A DNA stretch of 64,000 nucleotides from Candidatus Micrarchaeota archaeon (lineage in GTDB: Archaea > Micrarchaeota > Micrarchaeia > Anstonellales > Anstonellaceae), in assembly GCA_026396415.1 (NCBI GenBank), contig JAPLWX010000040.1, forward strand, positions 25,439 through 89,438. The letters are read 5' to 3'. The notes beneath the pieces are model-generated. The model did not search any database, had not been told where the DNA came from, and worked only from the letters and a program-made list of their open reading frames with translations. The translations under genes and the position numbers were made by a program. Numbering within the stretch: position 1 is the first letter of the stretch; every line of letters begins with the position of its first letter. Shown here in pieces: positions 19,208 to 28,065 of this stretch.

Positions 19208-20098
19208 ATGAGGGAAACACCCATGGCATCTTTGGAGCCCGCATCGCTGCTCTCGCAGTTCCGCGACATAGCAATATTCGCAGCCATCGCATGCTACATC
19301 TTTGCAGCCGGCAAAATCACGGATTTTCTCTCATCATCCGGCAAGCGCATGACAAAGCGCGAGGTCCTCGTGGTGCCGTTCGCCTATGTTTTCCTATGCT
19401 TTTTCACCCTGCTCCTGTACGCATCCTCCGGCGCCTGGGTGCCGCCTCAGAACACCATAATCACGATGGCAGCGTATCTTGTCCTCCTTCCCCTTGCGCT
19501 ATGCATTTGTGCCGGCGCGCTCGCGCTCCACGGGTTCTTCCACGACAGGCTGAACCCCCTGCAGTCGCTTGACCTGAGCATGCACATCATTCTTGCGCCG
19601 TTATTCGACGGCCTCGCCGGCTACTGGACGGCAATCGGCGCAGCCGCGGTGCTGGTGCTCGCATCCAGCCTTTCCTTCTGGTCGAGCGGCGGCAATTTCT
19701 CGCTGGTGACCCTTGACTTCCTCATCATGTCCGCGATTTTCTCGCTTTACTTCCTCTACCGCGCGCTCACGGCGAGGGACAACGAGGGCCGCGCATCAAA
19801 TTTCGTTTCCATGCTCGTGATATTCACGCCCGGCGTGCTCCGCCTCTTCCTTCCCACTGTGGCTTGCGCCCTTCTCTCGCTCATACCCATCCAGTTCTTC
19901 AAGACATGCCCGCTCCTCCAGGCCGGGAACGAGGTGACGCTCGCGCTTTCCGTGCTTGCGACCCTCGTGCTGCTTGTGCCCGTAATACCGCTGTTGTACG
20001 CGCTTTCAGTGAACCTGCTCCGCGCGGCAACCGCATTCTCGGTGCTTATGTACAAGGAAAAGCCCGGGAAGGCGAAGGGCAAGGAAGAAGAGGAATGA
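19208..20098 (+). CDS. Hypothetical multi-pass membrane protein
   Basis: About 7 hydrophobic segments and a charged C-tail. Confidence 0.8.
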   Translation: MRETPMASLEPASLLSQFRDIAIFAAIACYIFAAGKITDFLSSSGKRMTKREVLVVPFAYVFLCFFTLLLYASSGAWVPPQNTIITMAAYLVLLPLALCICAGALALHGFFHDRLNPLQSLDLSMHIILAPLFDGLAGYWTAIGAAAVLVLASSLSFWSSGGNFSLVTLDFLIMSAIFSLYFLYRALTARDNEGRASNFVSMLVIFTPGVLRLFLPTVACALLSLIPIQFFKTCPLLQAGNEVTLALSVLATLVLLVPVIPLLYALSVNLLRAATAFSVLMYKEKPGKAKGKEEEE

Positions 20099-20238
20099 TT
20101 TCAGCCCTTGGGCGCGCGATGGCAGGGAAAGGAAAGATTAGGCGCGCGGAAAGTTTGGGCGGCTTGCGCGGGAATATGGATGAAAGCTGGTTGGCGCAAA
20201 CAGGAAGGCTTTTTACCGTTCCCTCCGAATTTGGGCAC

Positions 20239-21399
20239 ATGGGCATGAGCAGGTTTACCGTCTGGCTGATTGCGCTTCTGCTGCTCGTATCCGTATTCGT
20301 CACGGTGTACTTCCTCAATGCCAATTCCGCGCTTGAGCGGAAGATTGCCTCGCTCAATGCCACTGCCGCCAGCACGTCCCAGAAGCTTGCTGGCCTGCAG
20401 TCGGAATATTCGCTGCTCCGCCAGAATTACGCCCAGTCCCAAAGCGAGCTATCGAATGCCGAGTCATTGCTCATGCAGTCAAGCAACAGGGTCGCTCTCA
20501 TGCAGGCCCAGCTTCTCCAAACCGAGGCGGAGCTGAATGAAAGCAGGCAAAGCATTGCCGGCCAGCAGCAGAAGCTATATGCGCTCAACTCCGAATTTTC
20601 CACCCTTGAAAGCACGATAAACAGCTCCATAGCCTGGTTCCGCGGCAATGCCTACATGCCAAAAGACTTCGGCTTCATAGCCGATGCCGGCCAGCAGCGC
20701 GTAATGGCAGGCTTCATCCCCCGCATAGAAAGCGACTGCGTGGACTCGGGCAGCCTCAACCTCGCGTGCATTTCCCATCTCATGGAAAATACGGCATTCT
20801 CCATCCACTACCGCTCGGACACCGTGGCGGGAAGCGAAGACCACCTGCAGTCCGTGAAGGAAACAATCGGGCTTGGCTGGGGCGACTGCGAGGACTATTC
20901 CCTCATCCTCAAGGCAATACTGAACTCGGTGCGCAAGGACAATGCAAGCCTCAGCATTGTCGCATGGCAGCCTGCGGATTCGGGAGAATTCCGCGTCTAC
21001 CCCAAGGAAACGCCTGGCGAAAGCGGAGCTTTCTGGGTATATAAGAATGCAAAAGGCGCGCCAATGGGCTCCCCCCGGCACGCCTATGTCATCTGCTACA
21101 GCGTGGACGCGCAAACCGGGCACTGCACGGTGGCGCTATCCGACGCAGACGTGCAGTCGAGCAATCAGGTGCCTTCCCTCCAGGGTGCCTATGCATTCGA
21201 GCCGCAATCGGGCCGCTACCTTGGGAAATTGGGCGAATCCCTCTCCATTTGCACGCACAGCGGCTGCAAGAACATGGGCGGCGTGGTGTGGCTGGTAATA
21301 TCCGACAGCGACCTCTACATATACGGCGAGAACGGGTGGGAGGGCTATGCCGACTACCTTGCGAAGGTGGAAGCGGCGAAAGCGGAGCTTCCGGCGTAA
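20239..21399 (+). CDS. Membrane-anchored coiled-coil protein with transglutaminase-like cysteine-protease domain
   Basis: N-terminal TM (FTVWLIALLLLVSVFVTVYFL), long coiled coil, then QSVKETI..GWGDCEDYS, HAYV, AFEPQSG; start inferred from TM position. Confidence 0.75.
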   Translation: MGMSRFTVWLIALLLLVSVFVTVYFLNANSALERKIASLNATAASTSQKLAGLQSEYSLLRQNYAQSQSELSNAESLLMQSSNRVALMQAQLLQTEAELNESRQSIAGQQQKLYALNSEFSTLESTINSSIAWFRGNAYMPKDFGFIADAGQQRVMAGFIPRIESDCVDSGSLNLACISHLMENTAFSIHYRSDTVAGSEDHLQSVKETIGLGWGDCEDYSLILKAILNSVRKDNASLSIVAWQPADSGEFRVYPKETPGESGAFWVYKNAKGAPMGSPRHAYVICYSVDAQTGHCTVALSDADVQSSNQVPSLQGAYAFEPQSGRYLGKLGESLSICTHSGCKNMGGVVWLVISDSDLYIYGENGWEGYADYLAKVEAAKAELPA

Positions 21400-21516
21400 A
21401 AGAAAGGTTTGCGGCACGAGCCCGCTGCAAAAGCAGCCGATGCTTGACAATTGGTGCGTGGATATCTTTATTAGCTGTATCTGAGTTTTCCGAACACTGC
21501 CATTTGAGGTGCCTTT

Positions 21517-22617
21517 ATGGAAATCGAAAACCCGAGCATTCTTGACGCGTCCGAGCCTGTCTCGCGCGCGATAAACGAAATCTCCCGCACGGGCCTGCCC
21601 GTCATCATCACCAAGGACGGCAAGTACATAGGGATCATCGACGAGCGCGCAATCCGGACGCATACCGACCCGTCCAAGGCGAAATGCGGCTCCCTCTCCG
21701 AGCGCGCGCCGGCGCTTACTCCTGAAAGCACGGTGATGGACGCCTGCAACGCGTTTTTCGCAGGCCGCTTCAAGGCAATCCCTGTTATCAGCAAGGGCAA
21801 GGTGGAGGGCGCAATCACCAGGCGCACCCTCTTCCGCGAGCTTCTCGGCGAGAAGATGCTGACGAAAAAGCGCGTGTCCGAGGTGATGACCACGCCGGTG
21901 CACACGCTTGACATCTCATCCTCCATCGGGCAGGCGCGCTCAGAGATGAGGCGCCAGAGCATACGCAGGGTGGTGGTGACAAAGGACGGCAAGATTGCAG
22001 GCCTGCTTTCGGTCTTCGACCTCGCCACCTCGTTCTCAGGCAAGATGCAGTCCAGCCCGTTCTACCGCGGCGGGGAGAAGACGAGCATGGACGCCCAGCC
22101 CATCGCCTCCTATGTGAAAAAGGAAGTGGAGACGATAAGCGGGAGCGACTCGCTCGCATCCGCGGTGAAAAAGATGCTGGACGCCCGCGTGGCCGCGCTC
22201 ATAGTGGAGGACAACGGCTTCCCGCACGGCATAGTCACCGCGAAGGACATCCTGCATGCCGCGCTTGCAGAGGAAAAGGGCGCATCGCGCGTTTTCGTCT
22301 CGGGCATTCCTCACGACAAGCGCGAGTACGCATCCCAAATCGCGGGCGAGGGCGAAAAGCTCCTCGCAAGGCTTGGCAAAAGCTCCCCTGTGCGCTCGCT
22401 TGCCTACCATATGAAGAACGAGGGCTCCGGCTTCTCGGTGCGCGCGCGCCTCGACACCACCCGCAAGTCCTACAGCGCATCCTCATTCGACTTCCGGATA
22501 GAGTCCGCGGTGCGCCAGGTGACGGACGAAATCGAGAAGATGGCGGGCAAGGACAAGCTCACCGGCATGAGCAGGAAAAAGGGCGTGCAGCGCGCGCGGG
22601 ACGTCGCTGAAGAGTAG
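21517..22617 (+). CDS. 4xCBS domain protein with C-terminal HPF/RaiA-like domain (putative ribosome hibernation factor)
   Basis: Four CBS repeats (LPVII..GKYIGII; IPVI..GKVEGAIT; RRVVV..GKIAGLLS; ALIVE..GFPHGIVTAKD) plus a beta-alpha-beta-beta-beta-alpha tail (FSVRARL..YSASSFDFRIESAVRQVTDEIEK). Confidence 0.75.
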   Translation: MEIENPSILDASEPVSRAINEISRTGLPVIITKDGKYIGIIDERAIRTHTDPSKAKCGSLSERAPALTPESTVMDACNAFFAGRFKAIPVISKGKVEGAITRRTLFRELLGEKMLTKKRVSEVMTTPVHTLDISSSIGQARSEMRRQSIRRVVVTKDGKIAGLLSVFDLATSFSGKMQSSPFYRGGEKTSMDAQPIASYVKKEVETISGSDSLASAVKKMLDARVAALIVEDNGFPHGIVTAKDILHAALAEEKGASRVFVSGIPHDKREYASQIAGEGEKLLARLGKSSPVRSLAYHMKNEGSGFSVRARLDTTRKSYSASSFDFRIESAVRQVTDEIEKMAGKDKLTGMSRKKGVQRARDVAEE

Positions 22618-22696
22618 CCGGGAAGCGCCAAGAGGCGTGCAGCCGGCAAAGGGCAGCCAAGCGCAGCAAGGGAAGCGCCGAGACAAGGTGCATGGA

Positions 22697-24289
22697 TTGG
22701 CATCAGCCACATATGCGGCATTGGACAAGGCATGGAAGTCCACTTGCCGCGTGCTTTTCGGCGAGGAAGTCGGCGAGCTTGCCCCGTTCGCCGGATGGCT
22801 CAAGGAATACGTCTATGCGACCCGCCCTGAGAAATCCATGCTGTCAGGCAAGCCCATAGCGATAACAATGGACGACTATTCCCAGAAAGCCAGCTTCATT
22901 TCCCTTGACGAGGTTGATTTCGGGAAAAAAGCCAGCCCGCTCCCGCTGAACGACCTCAAGGACATTGACAGCCTTGTGCGCGCGGCAAGCGAACGCATTT
23001 CCTACACAGGCAACGTGGTGCTCGGCAATTCCTCCTATGTGGAAGGCAGCACCGGGGTGCTGGACAGCCACTATGTGCTTGACTCGGCAATGGTGAACAA
23101 GTCAAAGTACATTGCCTATTCCCGCTGGGAAACCGACGTCGAGTACTGCTTTGGCGGCATTGGCACCACGCTCGGGCAGTTCATGGTGAAGGACAGCGGA
23201 AGCAACCTCACGCGCTGCTTCGAGTGCCACATGGCAAACGACCTTTCGGACTGCTACTTCTGCGCCAAGACGATAAACTGCAAGGAATGCATCTTCTGTT
23301 TCGGCGCGGAAAACCAGTCGCACTGCATTGGCAACACCAAACTTCCCCGCGACAAGTACGCAGAACTGAAAAAGAAGCTGCTTGCCGAGATGGCGCAGGC
23401 TCTCCGCAGGGACAAGCGCATCTTCTCCCTGCTGAAAATAGTGGAAATGTCCTCGAAATACGCCCCCAACGAGCTGGGGATTTCTTTCAAGCAGGAAAAG
23501 AAACGCCCATTCACCCTCAAGCCAATTGCTGATGCATTTGCAGCCACCTCCTCTCTCCTTCTTGGCAGGAAGCTTTCCATGCCCGAATATTCAGATTTCC
23601 TCCAGAAGCATGTCCCGAACAATCCAATCCTGAAATCCTGCCTCACAGGCAGTTACGTCACTGTGGGCGGCTACCGCGCCAACCTGCTTGGCATGTATGG
23701 CCTCAAGGGCAGGATGGCAACCGAGGATGAGGTCCGGGAAATAGGCAGGCATGGCATAGGCGAAGCCAATGCCGCAAGGCTCTCCATTGACGCAGGCACA
23801 CTCACCGAGCTTCTCCACCCCATAGCGTACTTCAACCTGGAAAAAGACACCGGAAAAATAAGCAATGTGGCAAGGTCTGCAGTGGTGATAAATGCCACTG
23901 ACGGCTACGAATCATCCGCGCTCATCCAGTCCAAGAAATGCGCCTACTGCTTCTGGACCAACAACGACGAAGCCGTGTTCGGCTCGTACATGACGCACAA
24001 CTCGTCCTTCTGCATCAACACATACATCTCGCAGCGCCTCGCGCGCGCATTCGAGTGCGACAGTTGCGAGAACTGCTCGGACGCCTACTTCCTGCACAAC
24101 TGCGAGAACGTGCGCGACTCCATGTTCTGCTTCAACGTGAAGAACCTCGCGCACGCGATAGGGAACGCGGAGCTCCCGCCCGCGCAATACAGGGGCATCA
24201 AATCCTCCCTCGTGCAGCAGATGTCCGATGAGCTTGAGAAAAAGAAGGACCTGAAGTGGGACATTTTCACGATCGGGTGCCGCGTTTGA
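22697..24289 (+). CDS. Hypothetical Cys-rich protein with two internally duplicated halves (beta-helix-like)
   Basis: Halves share HCIGNTKLPRDKYAELKKKLL / HAIGNAELPPAQYRGIKSSLV and CFEC..DCYFC..NCKECIFCF / AFECDSCENCSDAYFLHNCENVRDSMFCF; start uncertain (TTG22697 after AGGTG; ORF open from 22637). Confidence 0.8.
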   Translation: MASATYAALDKAWKSTCRVLFGEEVGELAPFAGWLKEYVYATRPEKSMLSGKPIAITMDDYSQKASFISLDEVDFGKKASPLPLNDLKDIDSLVRAASERISYTGNVVLGNSSYVEGSTGVLDSHYVLDSAMVNKSKYIAYSRWETDVEYCFGGIGTTLGQFMVKDSGSNLTRCFECHMANDLSDCYFCAKTINCKECIFCFGAENQSHCIGNTKLPRDKYAELKKKLLAEMAQALRRDKRIFSLLKIVEMSSKYAPNELGISFKQEKKRPFTLKPIADAFAATSSLLLGRKLSMPEYSDFLQKHVPNNPILKSCLTGSYVTVGGYRANLLGMYGLKGRMATEDEVREIGRHGIGEANAARLSIDAGTLTELLHPIAYFNLEKDTGKISNVARSAVVINATDGYESSALIQSKKCAYCFWTNNDEAVFGSYMTHNSSFCINTYISQRLARAFECDSCENCSDAYFLHNCENVRDSMFCFNVKNLAHAIGNAELPPAQYRGIKSSLVQQMSDELEKKKDLKWDIFTIGCRV

Positions 24290-24309
24290 CGCGCCACCCA
24301 CTGCCATGT

Positions 24310-24388
24310 GCATTTTGCTCGATGGCAAAATGCATCAGACACCGAGCGTTTGCCGCTCGGTGCTGAAACCGTGCGCGGTTTGCCATCG
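24310..24388. other. Multi-hairpin intergenic element between convergent genes (terminator or structured RNA)
   Basis: Stems GCATTTTGC/GCAAAATGC, CACCGAGCG/CGCTCGGTG, AAACCG/CGGTTT and CGATGGCAAA/TTTGCCATCG; adjacent T-rich tract on the minus strand. Confidence 0.6.
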
Positions 24389-24444
24389 GCGCGAATGCGC
24401 GCGCTAAGAAATGAAAAATAAAGAAAAAAAGAACTCCTGTGCGC

Positions 24445-25380
24445 TTACGGCAAAATCCCGTCTTTCGGATATTTTCCTGCAAGCTTGGAAATCTCATCGC
24501 CAATTCCCTTCAGGTCAATCACCATCTGGGCTCCCAGCTTAGCATTGTCCAGAACTCCCTCAAGGAAAGCGGCGTATTCCTGTTTCACAGTTTCAACAAT
24601 CTTCCCAACTACTGCAAGGTTTTCCCGGTTATCTTCCTTCACCTTCTGCCACCTTTGCTGGTAACCTTCGGTATATCCGACATAACTGTACTGCTTCTTC
24701 ACGAACTCATCAATTATCTTGGAGATTTCCCCGACCGTGTTTTTGATTCTGTCTGGTGCGCTTTTATTTGCGTCTGGCTTAAGATCCGTGTCTTTCTCCA
24801 CCAGGAGATTCTGGTTCATGACCTTGTTGAAGTCGATTTTATCCTTTACCTCGTAAGCGCCTTTGTGCAGGGTATAGAAAAAGCTGAACGACTTGCTGTT
24901 CACGTCAGAAATCATCTTTGCCCAGTAATCGCTCTTGAGCAGCTGCTCAATCTCGTGCAGCTGAACGCCCTTTTCATTAAGTTCGCGGTTTGTGATGGTC
25001 TTGTATATCCGTTCCTTCCTGTTTTGGACAAATTCCAAGACTTCCTGCGTGGGCGTTTCAAGCGCAAGGTTGGCCTGCTTCAACGATATATCGATAAGTG
25101 CGCGCCCAAGCTTGTTCAACTCGCCTCTCTCCCCATCGTTTGCAGAATAGGTCTCATATACTGTCTTTAGCACATCCCTTGCTTCCATTGCATATTTGAG
25201 CGATATGAATGGCACCTTGTTTTCCCAGTATTCAGCCTTCAATTTGTACCTCTGGATAATCTTCACTCCAGTGTCGTAATCTATTTTTGTCTCTTTAGAC
25301 CTGTTTCCCATAGGCCACGTTTTTGTAGCCTTCGGGTAGTTTTCCACTTTCTGCGGGATTCCTCCTAATATGTAAGCCAT
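24445..25380 (-). CDS. Hypothetical helical protein
   Basis: Lys/Glu-rich ORF, AGGTGA RBS, TTTATAAA upstream, more AT-rich than the core genes. Confidence 0.75.
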   Translation of the reverse strand: MAYILGGIPQKVENYPKATKTWPMGNRSKETKIDYDTGVKIIQRYKLKAEYWENKVPFISLKYAMEARDVLKTVYETYSANDGERGELNKLGRALIDISLKQANLALETPTQEVLEFVQNRKERIYKTITNRELNEKGVQLHEIEQLLKSDYWAKMISDVNSKSFSFFYTLHKGAYEVKDKIDFNKVMNQNLLVEKDTDLKPDANKSAPDRIKNTVGEISKIIDEFVKKQYSYVGYTEGYQQRWQKVKEDNRENLAVVGKIVETVKQEYAAFLEGVLDNAKLGAQMVIDLKGIGDEISKLAGKYPKDGILP

Positions 25381-25524
25381 CAATATCACCTGTGTCTATT
25401 AATGGAGGAATATGTTTATAAAGCTATTGTATACGCCTAACCACATAAGAAAGACTCGTGCCTGGCATCATGAGCATAGGCGCGCGCTAGGCATATTTCA
25501 TTTTCCAGGCTCGGGCATGGCCCC

Positions 25525-26202
25525 TCAGCAAAAGTTCCGCACCTTTTTGCCCGCGATTTTCCCGTCCTCGTTTGGGCCAGTGCCCAGCATGCCTGCGGAT
25601 TCCCGGCCCGCAGCGTATAAAGTTATTTTTCTTGGCCTGATTTTCTTCCCGTCAAAGGCGGTTTCATACACTGTTTCGGTGTTCGCCACTATTTTCATGC
25701 CCAGGCTCTCCGCCATTTCCCCGTGCTCTTTTGGCATCGCGCCTTTAATTCTTCGTATCCCTGGCATCGCCCTCGCAGCCTCAATTATCCTGCCAAGCAG
25801 GAGCCGGTAGATGGTTGCCGCATCCTTGGTTTCATGCGGCAGAAATAGCACAAAATTGGCGCTCTCATAGCATGCCCTGTACGACGCTATCGCCGCTTTC
25901 TCGCCGCCATGGATCTGCTGATTGCCTGCAAACGCGGCTTGCATCTCCACCATGCTCTTATTGCCCATGATTTGTATGTCGTAGGTTACTGGCATTCCGA
26001 ACCCGACAAGCGCGCCATTGTCTTTTGCTGCAAATATGCCGCCTGCATTGCTCTGCGCGGCCAGCCTTTTGCCGCTCCAATCAATGTCATTCAGGATGTT
26101 GGTTTCGAGATTGCGCATCCTGAAGCCGGCGGGAGGATTCATGAAAATGCCTGTGATTGCGCCAATATCCTTCTTGCTTGCCCTGTTCACCTGTATTGCC
26201 AT
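25525..26202 (-). CDS. Hypothetical protein, possible GNAT-like fold
   Basis: IQVNRASKKDIGAI..IFAAKDNGALVGFG..AESLGMKIV resembles the GNAT pattern; GAGGGG RBS. Confidence 0.55.
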   Translation of the reverse strand: MAIQVNRASKKDIGAITGIFMNPPAGFRMRNLETNILNDIDWSGKRLAAQSNAGGIFAAKDNGALVGFGMPVTYDIQIMGNKSMVEMQAAFAGNQQIHGGEKAAIASYRACYESANFVLFLPHETKDAATIYRLLLGRIIEAARAMPGIRRIKGAMPKEHGEMAESLGMKIVANTETVYETAFDGKKIRPRKITLYAAGRESAGMLGTGPNEDGKIAGKKVRNFC

Positions 26203-26392
26203 GGACTTCCCCCTCGCACCTTGCGTCATTCCTGACCATTTCTTCTTTTAAATCCAGCCGGTTTCCGCCCGCCTGCACATAAGTAATAAATATCCTCATC
26301 CCGAATGCACTGCAGGTGATGTGGCGGGCTGCCTTATGGGCGTGCAATCCTGCCCCAAGGAATATATGCCGCATCGCACGAAAGGTGCATTT

Positions 26393-27295
26393 ATGCTCGA
26401 AACCACGCTTTGCGGCATCAAGCTTCGCAACCCTCTCATCCTCGCCTCAGGCATACGCGGAAACAGCGCGGGGCTTCTCATCCGTGCGGGAAAGGAAGGC
26501 GCGGGTGCGGCGACATCAAAATCCTGCTCGCTCCTGCCACATGAAGGGCATGCCAACCCCACCATGGTGGACATTGACGGCACCTACATTAACGCAATAG
26601 GGCTTTCCAATCCAGGCGTGGACGACGAGATTTACGAAATACGCGAGGCAGTTGCAAAGGCAGGCATACCAATAATTGCCTCATTCTATGCGGGAAAGGT
26701 GAGCGATTTTGCCGCAGTGGCTGCGCGCATTTCCGAGGCAAAGCCCGCCATGCTGGAAGTGGACATCTCCTGTCCCAGCCGCAAAGATGCCCTGTTCTCC
26801 TCCTACGCAAAGGACGCATCAGAGGTGTGCCTTGCAGTGCGCGATGCCACTTCCATTCCCTTTTCCGCAAAGCTTTCCCCCGACGTGCCAAACATCGGCG
26901 AAATCGCGCGCGCCTGCGTGGCAAGCGGCGCAAGCTGCATCACCGCGATAAACACAATCGGCGGCATGTATATCGACGCGCACGCGCGCCATGCCGTGCT
27001 TGCAAACTCGTTCGGGGGCATTTCCGGCGCTGCAATAAAGCCTGTCGCGCTCAAGAGTGTGTACCTTGTGAGGAAAGCAATCGGCCCCGAGGTGCCCATC
27101 ATCGGCACAGGCGGCGTTTTCACAGGCATCGACGCCATTGAGATGCTGATGGCAGGCGCCACCTGCGTGGGCGTGGGGACGGCGATTGCAACGCGCAAGG
27201 AGAGCGCGCCTTTCAAGGCAATTGCGCAGGAAATGGAATCATTCATGAAGAAAGAAGGCTACAGAAAGCTTGCAGACCTCAAGCTCCAAGAGTAA
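26393..27295 (+). CDS. pyrD: Dihydroorotate dehydrogenase B catalytic subunit
   Basis: LRNPLILASG, INAIGLSNPG, DISCP, AKLSP, AINT, GGISGAAIKPVAL, IIGTGGV. Confidence 0.95.
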   Translation: MLETTLCGIKLRNPLILASGIRGNSAGLLIRAGKEGAGAATSKSCSLLPHEGHANPTMVDIDGTYINAIGLSNPGVDDEIYEIREAVAKAGIPIIASFYAGKVSDFAAVAARISEAKPAMLEVDISCPSRKDALFSSYAKDASEVCLAVRDATSIPFSAKLSPDVPNIGEIARACVASGASCITAINTIGGMYIDAHARHAVLANSFGGISGAAIKPVALKSVYLVRKAIGPEVPIIGTGGVFTGIDAIEMLMAGATCVGVGTAIATRKESAPFKAIAQEMESFMKKEGYRKLADLKLQE

Positions 27296-27303
27296 GTGAC
27301 AAT

Positions 27304-28065
27304 ATGCCGATACATCAAATAGCCACAGTTACAAAGGCAGAAAAGGAAAATGGCATAGTCACCACGCTCACGTTCGACACGCCGCTCTCACACGCGCAGC
27401 CTGGGCAGTTCGTGATGCTCTGGCTCCCTGGCTTTGATGAAAAGCCCTATGGCGTGGCAGGGGTTTCGCCTCTCAGAATATCGGTTGGCGCGCGCGGTCC
27501 ATTTTCCAAGAAGCTCTGCGGCATGGAAAAAGGCGACCGTGTTTGGCTGCGCGGCCCGTATGGAAAAGGGTTTGAGCTTAAGGGCAAAAAAATATTGCTT
27601 GTGGGCGGCGGCTATGGATTTGGCCCCTTGCGCTTCCTGGCTGAAGTTGCGCGCAAGCGCAAGGTTTCTGCAACTGCCATTTGCGGCGCAAGAAGCAAAG
27701 GGCTGCTCATGCTGCCTGCAGCCTGCAAGACAATCTTCACAACAGACGACGGAAGCGCAGGCACCAAGGGCAATGTGCTTGTGGCAATGAAGGAATTGCT
27801 TGCCAAGGAGCGTTTTGATGTTGTTTACACCTGCGGCCCCGAGCGCATGATGTCTGCAGTTGCCTATGAAGCAAAGGCGCACAAGGCAGGCTGCCAGCTT
27901 TTGCTTGAGCGCTACATGAAATGCGGCATAGGCATATGCGGGCACTGCTGCATTGGCGACAAGCTTGTCTGCATAGACGGCCCCATGTTCGGGCTGGAAA
28001 TACTTGAGAACCCGGAATTCTGCAAGGTATGGCGCACAAAGACAGGCAAGAGGGTGCCGATATGA
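27304..28065 (+). CDS. pyrK: Dihydroorotate dehydrogenase electron transfer subunit
   Basis: PGQFVMLW, RGPYGKGF, VGGGYG, TCGPERMM, 2Fe-2S motif MKCGIGICGHC..VCIDGPMF. Confidence 0.95.
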   Translation: MPIHQIATVTKAEKENGIVTTLTFDTPLSHAQPGQFVMLWLPGFDEKPYGVAGVSPLRISVGARGPFSKKLCGMEKGDRVWLRGPYGKGFELKGKKILLVGGGYGFGPLRFLAEVARKRKVSATAICGARSKGLLMLPAACKTIFTTDDGSAGTKGNVLVAMKELLAKERFDVVYTCGPERMMSAVAYEAKAHKAGCQLLLERYMKCGIGICGHCCIGDKLVCIDGPMFGLEILENPEFCKVWRTKTGKRVPI

